Positions 49,901 through 62,533 of a DNA stretch of 64,000 nt are shown here, piece after piece. Location: positions 62,001 through 126,000 of the forward strand of contig NIVC01000735.1 in the NCBI GenBank assembly GCA_002269645.1, written 5' to 3'. Position numbers and translations under genes: made by a program. This DNA is from Macrostomum lignano. Taxonomy: Eukaryota. Under the pieces are notes generated by a model. The model was not told the origin of the DNA. It saw only the letters and a list, made by a program, of their open reading frames with translations, and did not search any database. The stretch's first letter is position 1. Each line of letters starts with the position of its first letter.

Positions 49901-52900
49901 GGTGCCTTCCTGATCAAGTTTCTGAGCAGGCAGACATGTCCGGTGCCTAACGCTCCAAAAACTCCGTCAATTCAGCTGGCCAGCTCAACAACTTCACTGT
50001 CCGAGTGGGCCACACCTGGCAATCGAGCCTGTCGGACCTGGCGTTCGAATCGTGGCCCGTCTGCTACCGCTTCAACCTGCCCGAGGATGCCGCTTCGCCT
50101 CTGAACGCGAACTGCGGCGCCTCCGTGTGCGGTCGCTATGCAGTTTTTCTTCAAGGTGCCGGTGTTGGACAGCTGTCCATATCGCGCCTGCAGATTGTGG
50201 CGGAGGAGGGTGAGTTGGCTGCGTGAGTACAGGATGTAGCATCAGAGGTGAGCTGCAGTAGACCAGACAATCTGTGTGATCAGTTGGTTTGAGTAATGTT
50301 GGTGGGTTTGAGTCGGAGTTTATTATCAGTGGTAAAACACTAGAAGCGTATATTTCTGCTCAAACGGAGCTCATTCTAATTGAAAAAAAATTCTAGAAAA
50401 GCTCGAGGACTTGACTGCTCACTCGGTCATCATTCGCCGGGTTCCTGAAGACCTCATGCGTAATGCCAGACAGACAAATAGCCTGCTGTTTCATACCAGA
50501 CTCAGACTGAGTGGCCTGAAGCTGTGGTTTACCAGTTTCTACACACATCAGGACATCCTTAATGGGGTGAGCCAAGACTAACCTGAACACAAATAGGCAC
50601 CCTGTGTGAGTGTGGGTGAGTGAATGTGTGAGTGTGGGTGAGTGAATGTGTGAGTGTGGGTGAGTGAATGTGTGAGTGTGGGTCAGTGAATGTGTGAGTG
50701 AGTAAATGAATGTATGAGTGTGGGTGAGTGAATGTGTGAGTGTGAGTAAATGAATTTGTGAGTGTGGGTGAGTGAATGTGTGAGTGTGGGTCAGTGAATG
50801 TGTGAGTGAGTAAATGAATGTGCGAGTGTGGGTGAGTGAATGTGTGAGTGTGGGTGAGTGAATGTGTGAGTGTGGGTGAGTGAATGTGCGAGTGTGGGTG
50901 AGTGAAGGTGTGAGTGTGGGTCAGTGAATGTGTGAGTGTGGGTGAGTGAATGTGCGAGTGTGGGTGAGTGAAGGTGTGAGTGTGGGTCAGTGAATGTGTG
51001 AGTGTGAGTAAATGAATGTGTTAGTGTGGGCGAGTGAATGTGTGAGTGTAGGTGAGTGAATGTGTGAGTGTGGGTGAGTGAATGTGTGAGTGTGGGTGAG
51101 TGAAGGTGTGAGTGTGGGTGAGTGAAGGTGTGAGTGTGGGTGAGTGAATGTGTGAGTGTGGGTGAGTGAATGTGTGAGTGTGGGTCAGTGAATGTGTGAG
51201 TGTGGGTGAGTGAATGTGTGAGTATGGGTGAGTGAAGGTGTGAGTGTGGGTGAGTGAAGGTGTGAGTGTGAGTGAGTGAAGGTGTGAGTGTGGGTGAGTG
51301 AATGTGTGAGTGTGGGTGAGTGAATGTGTGAGTGTGAGTGAGTGAATGTGTGAGTGTGGGTCAGTGATTGTGTGAGTGTACTCGCCTCCTCACCGGCTGC
51401 AGGACGGCTGCCATCAGTGCTCACAACCCCCCCCCCTGCAAGCCAACCAATGACAAATCCCACTTCCTTGCACTCAACACAGACCCGCTGGGAAGTTGTC
51501 ATCGGTGGCAATGGATCTCATGTGTCAGCTCTGGAGTATTTTGTCCGATCAGGATACTCTGCCAGCCTTGCCACGCTGTCTGTAATGTCACTGCTGGCAG
51601 GGAGCTCTGTGACAGCAGATACAGACGACTTTCAGCCCGTCAAACTGTCATGGACAACAAGAAGTCTCAACCTCAGTGTCCGGGAGTCTCTGCTAGCCAG
51701 CCTTGAAGTTGGCAATGAGTTACACGCGCTGGACATTCAAAACATAGGGTACACTGTCTTCGGCAGCGACGCGGACAACTATAGGGCTCATGTCATGTTC
51801 GATTTGCCCAGTAAGTTCTGCGATTGTTGTGTGTTAGACTCAACAAGTTTTATGACCGACGAAAGCTAACCAGGAAAAAATTGAAATGCTTTCAGATGAC
51901 CGGCAGTTGGGATTCTGGGCTCCGGCTCTCAGATTCTCCACTTGCGACTTTGCGGAGTACAAGCAGGTACTTTTGTGTGCTTTCGCCTGGAGATTAACTA
52001 ACCGTTCTGATGATTACCACTTTGATTTAATTTGCTAAGTATATAGAAATACTTTTCTCTTAGTGAAATCATTGCTGCGGGCCAGATGAGAAAGAAAGAG
52101 GGAATAGAGGAGAGAGTAGAGGAAAGAGGAGATGAGAGATGATAGAAGAGATGAGAGGCGAGATAAGAGATAAGAGATACGATGATAGAAGAGATGAGAG
52201 AGAAGATAAGAGGAGAGATGAGAGGAGAGAAGAAAGCAGAGGAGAGGAAGAGAGGAGACAGATGAGAGGAGAGGAGAAAATAGAGAAAATAGAGAAGAGG
52301 GGAGAGAGGAGAAGAGCGAGCGGTTTTAAAGGACCCGGGCCGGACAGAGAGGCTTCGAGGGCCGCAGGTGGACCTAAACGATCACTATACCAGCTAGCAG
52401 CTACGAGTATAAACTAAAATTTGTGTTTCAGGCCACGTTCTCCAGCTCCGTCACAGTCTTTGTGGTGGCAATGCAAGGCGCCTCGGATCGTGTCTTGATT
52501 CGGTATAGTAAAGAAAATCGCTTGAGATTCGCCTTCTCCCATTCGGTGGACAAAGTCTCTTTCGCTCATTATCCTCTGGTGAGTGAATCTGCGGCTCAGC
52601 TTAAAGGATGAACGACTCGGAGAGCCGAAAGGGTAGGGGGTAGGGGTAGAGGTACATGTAGGGGTTGGGGTGGGGGTTGGGGTGGGGGTTGTGGTAAGGG
52701 TTGGGGTAGGGGTTGGGATTGGGGTAGGGGTAGGGGGTAAGGAGGGGATTGGGGTAGGGGCTAGGGTAGGGGTTGGGGTAGGGGTAGAGGTTGGGGTAGG
52801 GGTTGGGTATGGATAGGGGTACGGGTTGGGAAAGGGATTAGGTAGGGGTAGGGGTTGGGGTACGGATTGGGAAAGGGGTAGGAATGGGGATTGGGGTGGG

Positions 52901-55900
52901 GCTTTCAGAGCGAAAGGCTCCCAGCCACAGGCTTAGGTCGTAAATAACTTGCAAGCAAAATTATGCCACTGCCCCAGAGCAGCCTGGAAAGAAAAACAAG
53001 CAAGCAGGGGCCAGCGAGCCAGAAGCGGCAAAGCCATTAGAAACGCCCAAAGGGGTACAAGTAAAGGTGCGAGAGTCGACACAACCGGCCCCATCCAATT
53101 GCACTGCGCACAAACAAAAACACGCAGGTTTTTCACGGGCCGGCTCAAATGACGACAACAGTGTTTGTTGGCCTGTTCCCCGAGGTGACAGGCCTGGCGT
53201 TTCGCCTCTACGGCATTCCTACAATATATGCCAGGCGCTTTGAGTCTCGCTGGATGCTCTATGGCTGCAAGTCAGGTGAGTCTGGCCTCTGAGTTTATAT
53301 GGAGTCATCCAGCGATGGAGCATAGTCATTAACGATCAAATTTATCTTTAGAAGCAGGCAGCTCCACCGTCATTTTCACCGCCTTTGCAGACGCCGCACC
53401 GTTCAGGCCGGCCGCCGTGCCGATCCACTTCCGCCAGCTGGTGGCGGGCAGCTCAGCGGTGAATGAGAACATCATTGACGGCTGGAGGGACTCATTTAGT
53501 ATACCCAGTGTCCCTTTCGAGGCCTCGGGCTCTGCAGCCGGCCCACCGTGGGTTGCCATAAACTTTTTGACGCCGAGACAGATTGAGTTCGTGCTCATTT
53601 GGGGATTTACAAAGTTCTATCGCGGTGAGAAATGCACCCTACATGTAGTTTTGGCCTTTGAGTCCACGGACTCTCCTGCCGCAAAACAGCATAAATTTGT
53701 CTTCTAAACGCAATTTCCAGCTAAGTACAGGGACCCGAATGAGTTCACGGCGGTCTTCGTGTCAAATCACTCGACCTACAGGCAGTCAGCAGATGCCGTT
53801 CTTGTCGATCAGAACCTGGCTACCTTCATGCCGAACCCGTGGCGAGTGGCGATCCGTCAGGTGCTTTACTTTTATAAAATGAATACAAATGGAGCTCAAG
53901 GGTTTGGTTAAAATAATGTTCTAGACAGGGCAGCATTCCTAAACTTTCCAGGTAGCCAGCTTGGTTGGCCTGGCAGGCTTACACAACTCGTCAACTATCA
54001 AAATTATGGAACTGGAGGTGTTTGGCAACCCTCTTGGTAAGCTGAAGAACAAATCAACATCGAGCCGAGCACCAATTCTCATTTACACTCTTCTGCTTTT
54101 TTGATTTTTGCTTTCAACCTGTCATGAGCGAACTCAAAAAAGAGCCATCTAGTTATAAACTATGCACAAAACCGTTTGGATCTTCACCATTTTTAGAAAT
54201 CAGCGATACGGAGTCCCCGAGAGCTTACGAAACTGCAGTTGGCCTCGGCACCAGATTTCCGTCAACTGGAATTCAACACGAAGGCGTTGACAGCGGCGGC
54301 GACTTCGCCGGAGATATGTACTCCCTGCCGTTGCACTTTGCCGGCGACGAAAGCTTTCACCACGCCATGCGGCCGGAGAATCAGAAGCTGCTGATATTCC
54401 TGCCGCAGGTGTTCAGGCTGACAGGCCTGCTAATGCAGGGCGGTCACGGGCACTACGGTAGCGGCCTCTACGGCGTTGTCAGGACTTTCAAGATTCAGTA
54501 CGCGCCCAGCGGAGACAGCGATCAGCTGCGGTACATCACAAGTCCGAACAGTGGCGACCAGGTAAACTTAGAGTGAAGCCGCAAAGCGGTCAGTCCGTTC
54601 TGAAGCTTTAGAGATTTTTCTTTCAAAGCAATTTTGCTCACTTTCAGAGCCTCTACTACGGACCCAAAAACGCAATAGAGGTGGCCCGGGTCTACTTTAA
54701 CGGCTCCATCTCAGCGAAGCTGCTTAAGCTTGAACTGCTCAATTATTGTAGGATGGTGCAGCTGAAGCTGGACCTGCTGGGCCACCCTCGTGACCCAGGT
54801 ACGTGCCAAGACATGAGCAGCAATCTGCGCAAAGGTAGCAACGATTTTGCGATATTGTTCATCAACAACTGTGCCGGCATGCATTTCAGACTCGGCCTCG
54901 ATATCAGACGCGCTTGTCGCACAGACTGAACCGGGCACGCTGTCCGTCAGCTTCGGGACCGTTCACCACCTCAACAGCATAGTTATCAACCGGACCAGCT
55001 CCGAGTACCTCTGTTTCGTCGTGTCCTTTACAGAAGTCGCTGGAGAGCCGTCCCAAATGGTGAAGGTCCATGACAGCGATTGGCTGGTGAGTAATTTGCA
55101 GTTTTAAATTTTTATCCGTATTGCAGGGGATTTTAGCCTAGTGGTTAGAGCGTCGGACTTACGACTTGAAGGTCGGGGGTTCCATGTTCGATCCCACTGA
55201 AACAATTTGTCCTTGAGCAAGACGCTTAAATCTGCATTGTTTCAGTTCACCCGGTGTAAAATGGGTGCCAACAGCCGTATTCAGATGCGCCGTCCTTGGA
55301 CTGAATACGCAGCCTTCAGATGCGCCGCCCAATAGCTGCGGCTGAGCTGTCGGTTGCACATCTGGCCCAATTGGGGCAGGTGTAATCAATCATCATTATT
55401 ATATTATTACTATTATCGATTAATTATATTCATATATTAAATCCACCGTTGAATTACATAGTTAAGAATTGACCACACTGAATGGGCAAAGCAAACACTG
55501 AACCAACCGCAGTTCGAGAGCACCCGATCGCAACAGACTTTGGAGCTGCCCATCCTGATGGCTCCGATCTCCCTCAGTGTCCAGCTGATCAGCGGCTCCC
55601 TGAGTCCGCTGGAGCTGTCATTCACTGGAAAGCGGCCGACTTCCTGCCCGCCGGGCTTCGCGCCTCACGGTGACCTGTGCTACCACCTCTCGCCCGTGAA
55701 AGCTCTCTGGGCTTCAGCCCAGGCCATGTGCCAGTCATTCCACTGGGCCGGGGGGAGGGGCAGCCTGCTGATGGTGAAGGATGCAGCGATACTGAGCCTG
55801 CTCGCCAGATGGTGAGTCGCAGTCTGCTTTTGCTCCGAGGTCACTTCCTTCATCAGCGGATCCTGCCGCACCCCCAGGACTGACTTCGAGCTGCACGTTG

Positions 55901-58900
55901 GCATGACGAGGAACCGGACAGGCTGGCACTGGCTTGACGGAAGCCCCGTGGCTGCATCTCTGTGGAAATTCCATCAGCCATCTGAGCTCCATGGCGTGTG
56001 GAGCACCCAGCAGGCTGGATTGGTGGCGGCCGCAAGCGGGCAGAAGGAGATGTTCGCGTGTCAGGTGCCCCAGGCTCTTGGTGAGGCTTTGGGCGATCTG
56101 CTAGCGCTGCGCAAATCACAATGTTTCATAACAAGCCATTGTAATTCTTCAAGGCAGCGGCAAGCGGCTTCGTGTGAGCCACGCAGCCTTCGTGAAATAC
56201 TCTGGCAACTTTAGCGACCAGCCGGAGCTGTTTGCTGTCAGGCAGCCCGATCCAGGCACCCGCCCGACGCTTCAACTGCTGTACAACCGGCTGCATCTGC
56301 TGGACGAGAGGCTGAGCAAGTTCTCATTGGGACATCTGCAAACTTCGGACGATGAAATTTTCGCTACCAGCTCGGCGGCTGACCTGCTAGACGGGCTGCC
56401 GGATGAGAACTCGAGAATTGTTGATGTTGTTGATGGAGACAAAGGTGATCTGCCTAATATGGTATTATTTGCCTCATGAGGAAGATTATCCCAGCACATG
56501 TGAAAGCTCCAAACCGATTCAGACTCGCTGCAGCCGCTGCTGCTGGGCCAGGCAGGAGCAGAATTGTCGGGCCATCCGTTCGCAGCTTCCTACTTTGACG
56601 CGTCAGGGAGTGTCCTTGGCAGCAGCATCCGAATGAAACGTAATGAATTTTGAATAAATTTGCAACTTTAAATTGGTTGTAGACTTCATATTGTAACCCT
56701 TCGGTGAAAAAATTGACACTTTCAGATAACTGCCTGCTCGTGCTCGGAGACTCCGACAACTTCATCTACCCAGTGAACATTACTGCAGGAGGCAAAGCAT
56801 GCTTGCAAAACCTTTGGCCTTCAGATGCTCCCCAGACGAGGGACTTCAACAACTACTGTATCAGCCGTAAGTACGACTCGTACTTAAGTAAGGCGAATTT
56901 TCTTCTTTAAAATTCTGCTCCATCAATTTTCCATAAGAATTTGGACGAATTTCAGCAAACGGGACAAGCGCTCCGCACTGCTATGTCGACAGCTCTACCA
57001 TGGAGGCGTGCATCCGGCACAGCTGCTGTAAGACTCGATTTTCTCTGAGAAATGGCTGGTCTGCATTTGAGCTTGTTTCAGTTTTTGCATTAGCCAAACT
57101 GGCCCCATTGCAGTGCACGATTATTCGCCTTGGAATGGGAAGCTGTGGTCCCACAACCTGGCCTACTTCAAGTCGGTGTACTTTAATGGCCAGAAGCTGA
57201 GCCCCAGTCGCGATGAGCTCGGCTTCCTGCTCGTGTCTACTCAGTTACTAACGGCCCAAGCGGCGACTGAGATGCACAGCCTCTTGCTGGACCTCAAGAG
57301 TCCCCATCTGCTGAACGGAGTGGAAATCATTGGAGGTGAGTCAGACCTGCCGCTTTGATAATGCGATGTCCGGAAAGTCGAGCTCGCAGTCGGGCTGGCA
57401 TTGCAGGGAGCGGCCAGTTCGGGATTCGGCTGCTCACCGGATCCGCCTGGAACCGGTCACTGGGCGAGTCCGCATTCAGGGACTGGCAGCAGTGCGGCGC
57501 TGTTGAAGTGCCCCAGACAGGCACTAATTATTCCATTCCGTGCACCGGCAGCCCTCCCTCCCGGTTTCTGGCCATTGTGAAGAGAGTCGAACTCGGCCTC
57601 CTCAACATCACTAGTCTGATTGTGTACGGCAAAGAAAGTGAGCTTAAGTTTTCTAACGATAAATAAATAAACAAACCCTAATTTTCAAGAGCATTTCCAA
57701 TGCACTGCATCAACATTCTAGACTACACTATTGACGAGCACATCCAGGTGAGGTTGGAGTGGATGCCTGACTCGGTGATCGCGGCAGCGTTGACTCGTCA
57801 GCTTGTCAGTTTCTACGGGAGGCTTCAGCAGCAGGGGCTGAAGGTCTGGCTCACGGACCAGTTTGGCTACGACGCGGCTGTTCAGAATGTAACTGAGGAG
57901 GATTTGCAGTTTTAATCCTTCGGGTCTTTGAAATCGCTAAATTTCACAAACCGATTCCAAACAAATTTCAGAGACGCTATATAATTGCATTGAGCGGAAA
58001 CGGGAGTCACGTGAAGTTCTCCGGCTGCAGCGTGGAGCACAAAGACTACGGACACGCGGACTTTCACCTCGCCGACCTGCCGGCCAACGGAACAGCCGCC
58101 GTCGCATTCGATTCCGATGACTTTGCGAGCATCAGCGTTGGCTGGCAGCAGCTCCCAGCTCTCACAGTGCTGACCGTGTCAGCCGAGGGCCAGGAGCTGG
58201 CCCGGTGCTGGGACAGCGCGTTCGGAATCGCGGTGAACAAGATCGGCTACTCAGGCTTCGTGCAGCTCAGCAAGAGAAAGAAGCGCAGCTTCACTGTCGA
58301 GACGGACTCATACACAGCGGCGAGCATGGCGCCCCACGTGTACTTTGAAGTGCCGGACAACAGCAGCATGGCGGCTTTTTCGCCTGGAATTCTCTCCAGC
58401 ATGACTCCGGACGCCATGCGCAGTGACATCTACGTGCAGGTGAATCCTCAATACTTTCTAGTTTTTTTTCTAATTCCATATAAAGCCAGGAATAATCAAG
58501 CGAATACTTTGTCATTTTCGCAGGCGATATTCAACTATCAAACGCGAATATTTGCCCTGGCTCTGAGCGGCGGTGCAGACGTTACCCAAGTGGCTGAGTC
58601 ATCGACCTACGTGACCAGCTTCAGGTTAGCAGTAAGCGACGATGGCAGGTACTGGATGATGCATCGAAACGGCAGGGTGAGTGGATGATGGTAAAATTGC
58701 AGTCGGTTATCAATTTCAAAGGTGGATGATGGTAAAATTGCAGTCGGTTATCAATTTCAAAGGTGGATGATGGTAAAATTGCAGTCGGTTATCAATTTCA
58801 AAGGTGGATGATGGTAAAATTGCAGTCGGTTATCAATTTCAAAGGTGGATGATGGTAAAATTGCAGTCGGTTATCAATTTCAAAGGTGGATGATGGTAAA

Positions 58901-60745
58901 ATTGCAGTCGGTTATCAATTTCAAAGGTGGATGAAGGTAAAATTGCAGTCGGTTATCAATTTCAAAGGTGGATGAAGGTAAAATTGCAGTCGGTTATCAA
59001 TTTCAAAGACAGCGTGGCAGCTCCTCCTCCTGCAGGAGTTCAGCGGCGTCTTTTTGGCCAAGCACGTGACTCGCCATCGCCTGCTGCCGGAGCCGCTGGT
59101 CCGAGGGCTTCGACTGTTTCCAGTGAAATGGGTTCGCAAGCTGGAGCTCAAGTGGCAGCTGTACGGCTGTCAAGTTGCTTCAAGTAAGTAGATGGGGCAG
59201 AGCCAAGGCCAAGTTGATTGCAGTGGGTTGACATGCAATCGCCGCAATTGCAGACTCGACAAGTCAGGCCATCCACCCGATCCTCCTGTCCCGAAACCGA
59301 CCCACGGACACGAACGCCGGCAGCAACTCTGGCCTTGCGGTTGACGGTAATTTTGCGAACCTCGCTTTATCTGGCCGATGTTTCCAGTCGGACGGCGGCA
59401 GCAAGGATCTGCCGATTTATTGGCTGGTTGATCTGCAGGCGCTTCACCGAGTTGTGTTCATCTTCATTATCGACATGGTTGAGCCGATCAGTAAGTCGAA
59501 AGATTGAAAATTTATCTGTATTACTACAGGGAGTAGCCGATTGGTTAGAGCGTCGGAATCACAACTGAAAGATCGGGGTTCGATTCTGGACCCACTCGGA
59601 ACAATTTGTGTCCTTGAGCAAGATATTACTCAACTCTGCATTGCTTCAGTTCAACCCTGCTGTAAAATGGGTGCCAGCATTAGCTGGGGTAATTGAGTGT
59701 GTGTGTGGTGACCCCCAGTCTTTGGACTGAGCAGCCGCACGCAGCCTTCAGATGCGCCGCGCAATAGCCGCGGCTGAGCTGTCGGCTGCAATCTGCCCGT
59801 TAGGGCAGGTTCAATCAATTAATTAATATTACGAGCTATTATTACTGTACTTCTTAAAAGCGGTAATTTCTTAATTTCAGAAGCGGTCCAAAACCTGAAC
59901 GAAGAAATGCAGGGCGTCAGCGTCTTCATCAGCAACAGCACAGACGTGTCCTCCTCGGACGTCGTGACGTTGGAAACTTGGACTGGCGGATTCATGAAGA
60001 GCCACATGTGGACTGTTCAAGTGAATTCGGTAAGCAGCCGAGCCCGGCCTCTCTTACTTTTCAGTGTGTAATAAATGTGCTAGGCTTGAGTAAGACAGCA
60101 GGCGTTTCATCTCTCCAGATTGCATCCGTAGCGGGACTGCAAGCGAACTCTTTCGCCGGAAACTTCTCCGTGTGCGAGTTCGAGGTCTACGGCTATCCGC
60201 TGATTGGTAAGCTGCATGGACTCGTAAAACTTCTGAGCTGTGATTTCCCTAGAAAACCACCAAGCAATTTTTTCCAACAGACCCCTTGTCTCTGGATTAC
60301 ATCAACTCGGACATTGGCCTTGAGGACGGTCGGGTGCAGCTGACTCAGCTGACAGTGGGCCAGGAGCCGACAACAAGTCCTGCCAGCAGCTTCCACTATC
60401 CTGCGCCGTGGATGGCGGGGCTGAACAGGCATCAGATTAGCGGCCTCCCGCCAGCACTTCTCTTCCCGTCAGGTGACACTTGGGCAAAGAAAAAACTTGG
60501 TGCAATGGATAACCAATGATCGGGATTGATTTCTTCTCCTTTGAATTTCAGCTGGAGCCAGCAGTTTTCTGAAAATCTGGTTGGACGTTCGTCACGTGAT
60601 CACGGGGTTCGTCTGGCAAGGCAGTGGCATCAGCGACTCGGGTTCAAGCAGCTTCGGTGCCTACATAACTCAACTGGAGGTTTCCTATGGCGACACAGAG
60701 CTGGGCATGCACAGCCTCATCGATGGAGCAGTTGGTTCGAATCAG
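40918..60745 (+). CDS. Giant secreted or surface mosaic lectin-like protein: signal peptide, multiple discoidin (F5/8C)-like, two C-type lectin, about 3 F-type lectin-like and one kringle-like domain; 3' end not seen
   Basis: Signal exon 40918-40987 ([23 protein letters not shown]). About 39 further phase-consistent exons, e.g. 42379-42731, 42823-42976, 44955-45166, 45664-45859 and 45933-46150 (CTLD1), 49976-50209, 53128-53275, 54197-54561, 55513-55811 and 55878-56080 (CTLD2), 56726-56866 and 56956-57027 (kringle-like), 58524-58676 ([16 protein letters not shown]), 59036-59183 (RLFPVKW...LYGC), 59254-59490 (AVDGN...WLVDL), 60119-60206 (VCEFEVYG), 60552-60745. About 7.7 kb coding by hand sum; exon start near 51403 uncertain. 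Confidence 0.82.
41030..42335. repeat. 14-bp minisatellite (gtagtgtgagacag) filling intron 1 of the giant gene
   Basis: Direct. Confidence 0.97.
42989..44895. repeat. Essentially perfect 13-bp array (cagatcccgatcc), about 146 copies, intron 3 of the giant gene
   Basis: Direct; no variant units seen until the last few bases. Confidence 0.98.
45367..45492. repeat. 10-bp repeat (gagttgggtt-like)
   Basis: Direct; starts at the donor site. Confidence 0.88.
46185..46420. repeat. Purine-rich minisatellite (gcaagcaggagggtgag / ggccagctgtggtggg)
   Basis: Direct. Confidence 0.88.
46880..47965. repeat. 18-bp minisatellite (gtcaaaatgtcactggca)
   Basis: Direct. Confidence 0.96.
48838..49930. repeat. 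32/35-bp minisatellite (gatcaagtgtctgagcaggcagatgccttctt) containing the palindrome cttgatcaag
   Basis: Direct. Confidence 0.96.
50604..51378. repeat. 22-bp minisatellite (gtgtgagtgtgggtgagtgaat)
   Basis: Direct. Confidence 0.95.
52630..52900 (+). repeat. G-tract repeat (ggggta/ggggtt)n with G-quadruplex potential
   Basis: Direct. Confidence 0.85.
55126..55405 (+). mobile_element. tRNA-derived SINE, copy 1 (intronic)
   Basis: Box A tagcctagtggttagagcg, box B gttcgatccc, central tgtccttgagcaaga...tgtaaaatgggtgcca, tail of att repeats; homologous to copy 2. Confidence 0.8.
58680..59008. repeat. 41-bp minisatellite (ggtggatgatggtaaaattgcagtcggttatcaatttcaaa)
   Basis: About 8 units starting immediately after the donor. 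Confidence 0.96.
59529..59835 (+). mobile_element. tRNA-derived SINE, copy 2 (intronic)
   Basis: tagccgattggttagagcgtcgg...ggttcgattc...tgtccttgagcaaga...tgtaaaatgggtgcca...gcagccttcagatgcgccgc...cggctgagctgtcgg shared with copy 1. Confidence 0.8.
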
Positions 60746-60814
60746 GTAAGCCAGAGGTCGGAAAATGCTTTTACCTTGTTGTATATGCACCCTAAGTGCA
60801 TATTGTACGAGCTA

Positions 60815-62330
60815 TATTTCTATAGTCTAGCAATCGTGGTGATCTTTCTGCTCTTCTCGAGCTCCATCTCCTGCAAGTAGTCGTCAGATAGGTCGAGAGT
60901 GGCAAAGTCAGTCATTTCGGCGATGTCCGAGAAGATCGTCTCGACGGTTGGCATGAAGTAGGTGTCTCTGCACTCCTGATGCTTCACCCTCGACATGTAG
61001 TCGGCGCAAATTCTGACATTGCCATTAGGTTTTAGAACGCAGACGATCGGGGATGCCCACTCGTTGCCGCCTTCCGTCACCGGCTCAATGATGCGCTACA
61101 CTGCGAGACGCTTCAACTCCTGATTGACGCGGTCTGCTGCGCAGCGGCACCTTCGATCAGCTCAATCCCGGCCTGAAAGCCCTTCAGACAATTGAGGCGT
61201 TGCACTACGGAACCTTGAGCACTGGCTGCCTGTCCTTCGTAGTTCCGATCCAGATGGTTAAGACCCAGCAGTCCATGTGACTTGCCAGCCTCTGTGACCA
61301 CCAAGTCGACTGCGTGGAACTTTTCTCGGTCATCCCACGTGGCAGTGAACTCTTCCCAGGGTTCTTATGATCGATCCACCAAACTGTCTCAGAATTCGTC
61401 TGGATTTCCTGAGTGCTGGGCATCCAAGTGCCTCCCAGTGGCCCCTTTGGGATGAGGCTCACGTCTACCTGCATTTGCAGTGCCTTGCCATTGATTTTGA
61501 CTTGCCGGAAGATGCTGTTCCGCTCTCTGCGCTGCAGTCTGATGACAAATCGTTTTACCTCGGCGCCATCGTTTTCCCAAGTCTCCAAATGCACGGTGCG
61601 GGACCTGCACACAGCTGCAAAGTGGTTCTTCTTGTTGCAGAAGGTACACCGCTTGCCGAACGCAGGGTATGCGCCTTGCAGGTGCGAACCACCGCAATAT
61701 TGGCACTTTGCCTTGCTCGTGTTCCTCGGTGGTCTGGTGTCCGGTGCTGGCTGTGAGGGCGTACCGAGCCGCCCTGCATAGGTGATGCTGGCCTCGGTGG
61801 TGGCAACAGCCCCAGTGCTGGTGTTTTAGCAGCGGATTTGCTCTAGTTGCTAAGTGTTTGCAACACATCATCCAGCAGCATGTCGGTAGCTTGCATTCTC
61901 TCCAACAGAGAGAATGCTATACAGAGAGTTGCTATGCTTGTGGTCCACAGAGGCCAGTCCGTTCACGAACGACATGGCGATGAGCTCGTCCTCGCTGGAC
62001 TGTTTCGCCTCTAGCTTCTCAAAGCTGCATGCTGCTGCTAGGAGTCAATGGTAGTAGGGGGCGACACTTTCGCTTGGGTCCTTCGTAAGAGCGAGAAATT
62101 TTGCTCGCTTCGGCAATATCGAGGCACTTTTTGGACCGAATTGCCGCATCGATGATGTCTCGATGTTCTCAGTGTTCTCAGTGCCTTGAGACCTGCCCTG
62201 GCTGTTATTCTCCGTGTCCGTCAGTTTCTTGGTTCGTGCGGCGGCCGCAAAGCTGAGCAGCCAGGCTTCAGCTGTGTCTGGGTCATCCAAGTTTAGCTCG
62301 GAGCTGCTTGCTTGCTTGCGACGCCATTGT
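60815..62330 (-). mobile_element. Ty3/gypsy LTR-retrotransposon fragment (gag, zinc knuckle, protease, N-terminal RT), frameshifted and truncated in RT
   Basis: DPDTAEAWLLSF (gag), RCTFCNKKNHFAAVC (CCHC), NGKALQMQVD-VSLIP and GLLGLNHL (protease, lacking the TG of DTG), EWASPIVCVLKPNGNVRICADY...TLDLSDDYLQ (RT). Confidence 0.88.
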
Positions 62331-62533
62331 CAAGTCGCGCCCAGTAAACAAAGACAAGGCTTGGTATGAGTCAGGTGCGAAATCGTATATTTGAGGTTTC
62401 GTATATTATCTAGGCTTAAAAGTTAGACAAATAATAAGGCTTAAAACTTTGAGTTGCTCGCTACTGAAAATCTTTATGCTAAGGGGGAGAAAGAGAATGT
62501 ACACAGGCGGCCGCGTACATTGGTGTATACAAG

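Noticed and set aside
50393-50590. Possible nested - strand exon
   Set aside because: Short, with no recognisable motif or partner exon.
52630-52900. Interstitial telomere
   Set aside because: Units are GGGGTA/GGGGTT mixtures, not TTAGGG arrays.
55126-55200. tRNA gene (also at 59529)
   Set aside because: Box A and B are present but the cloverleaf is not intact, and both heads continue into the same non-tRNA body, so these are SINEs.
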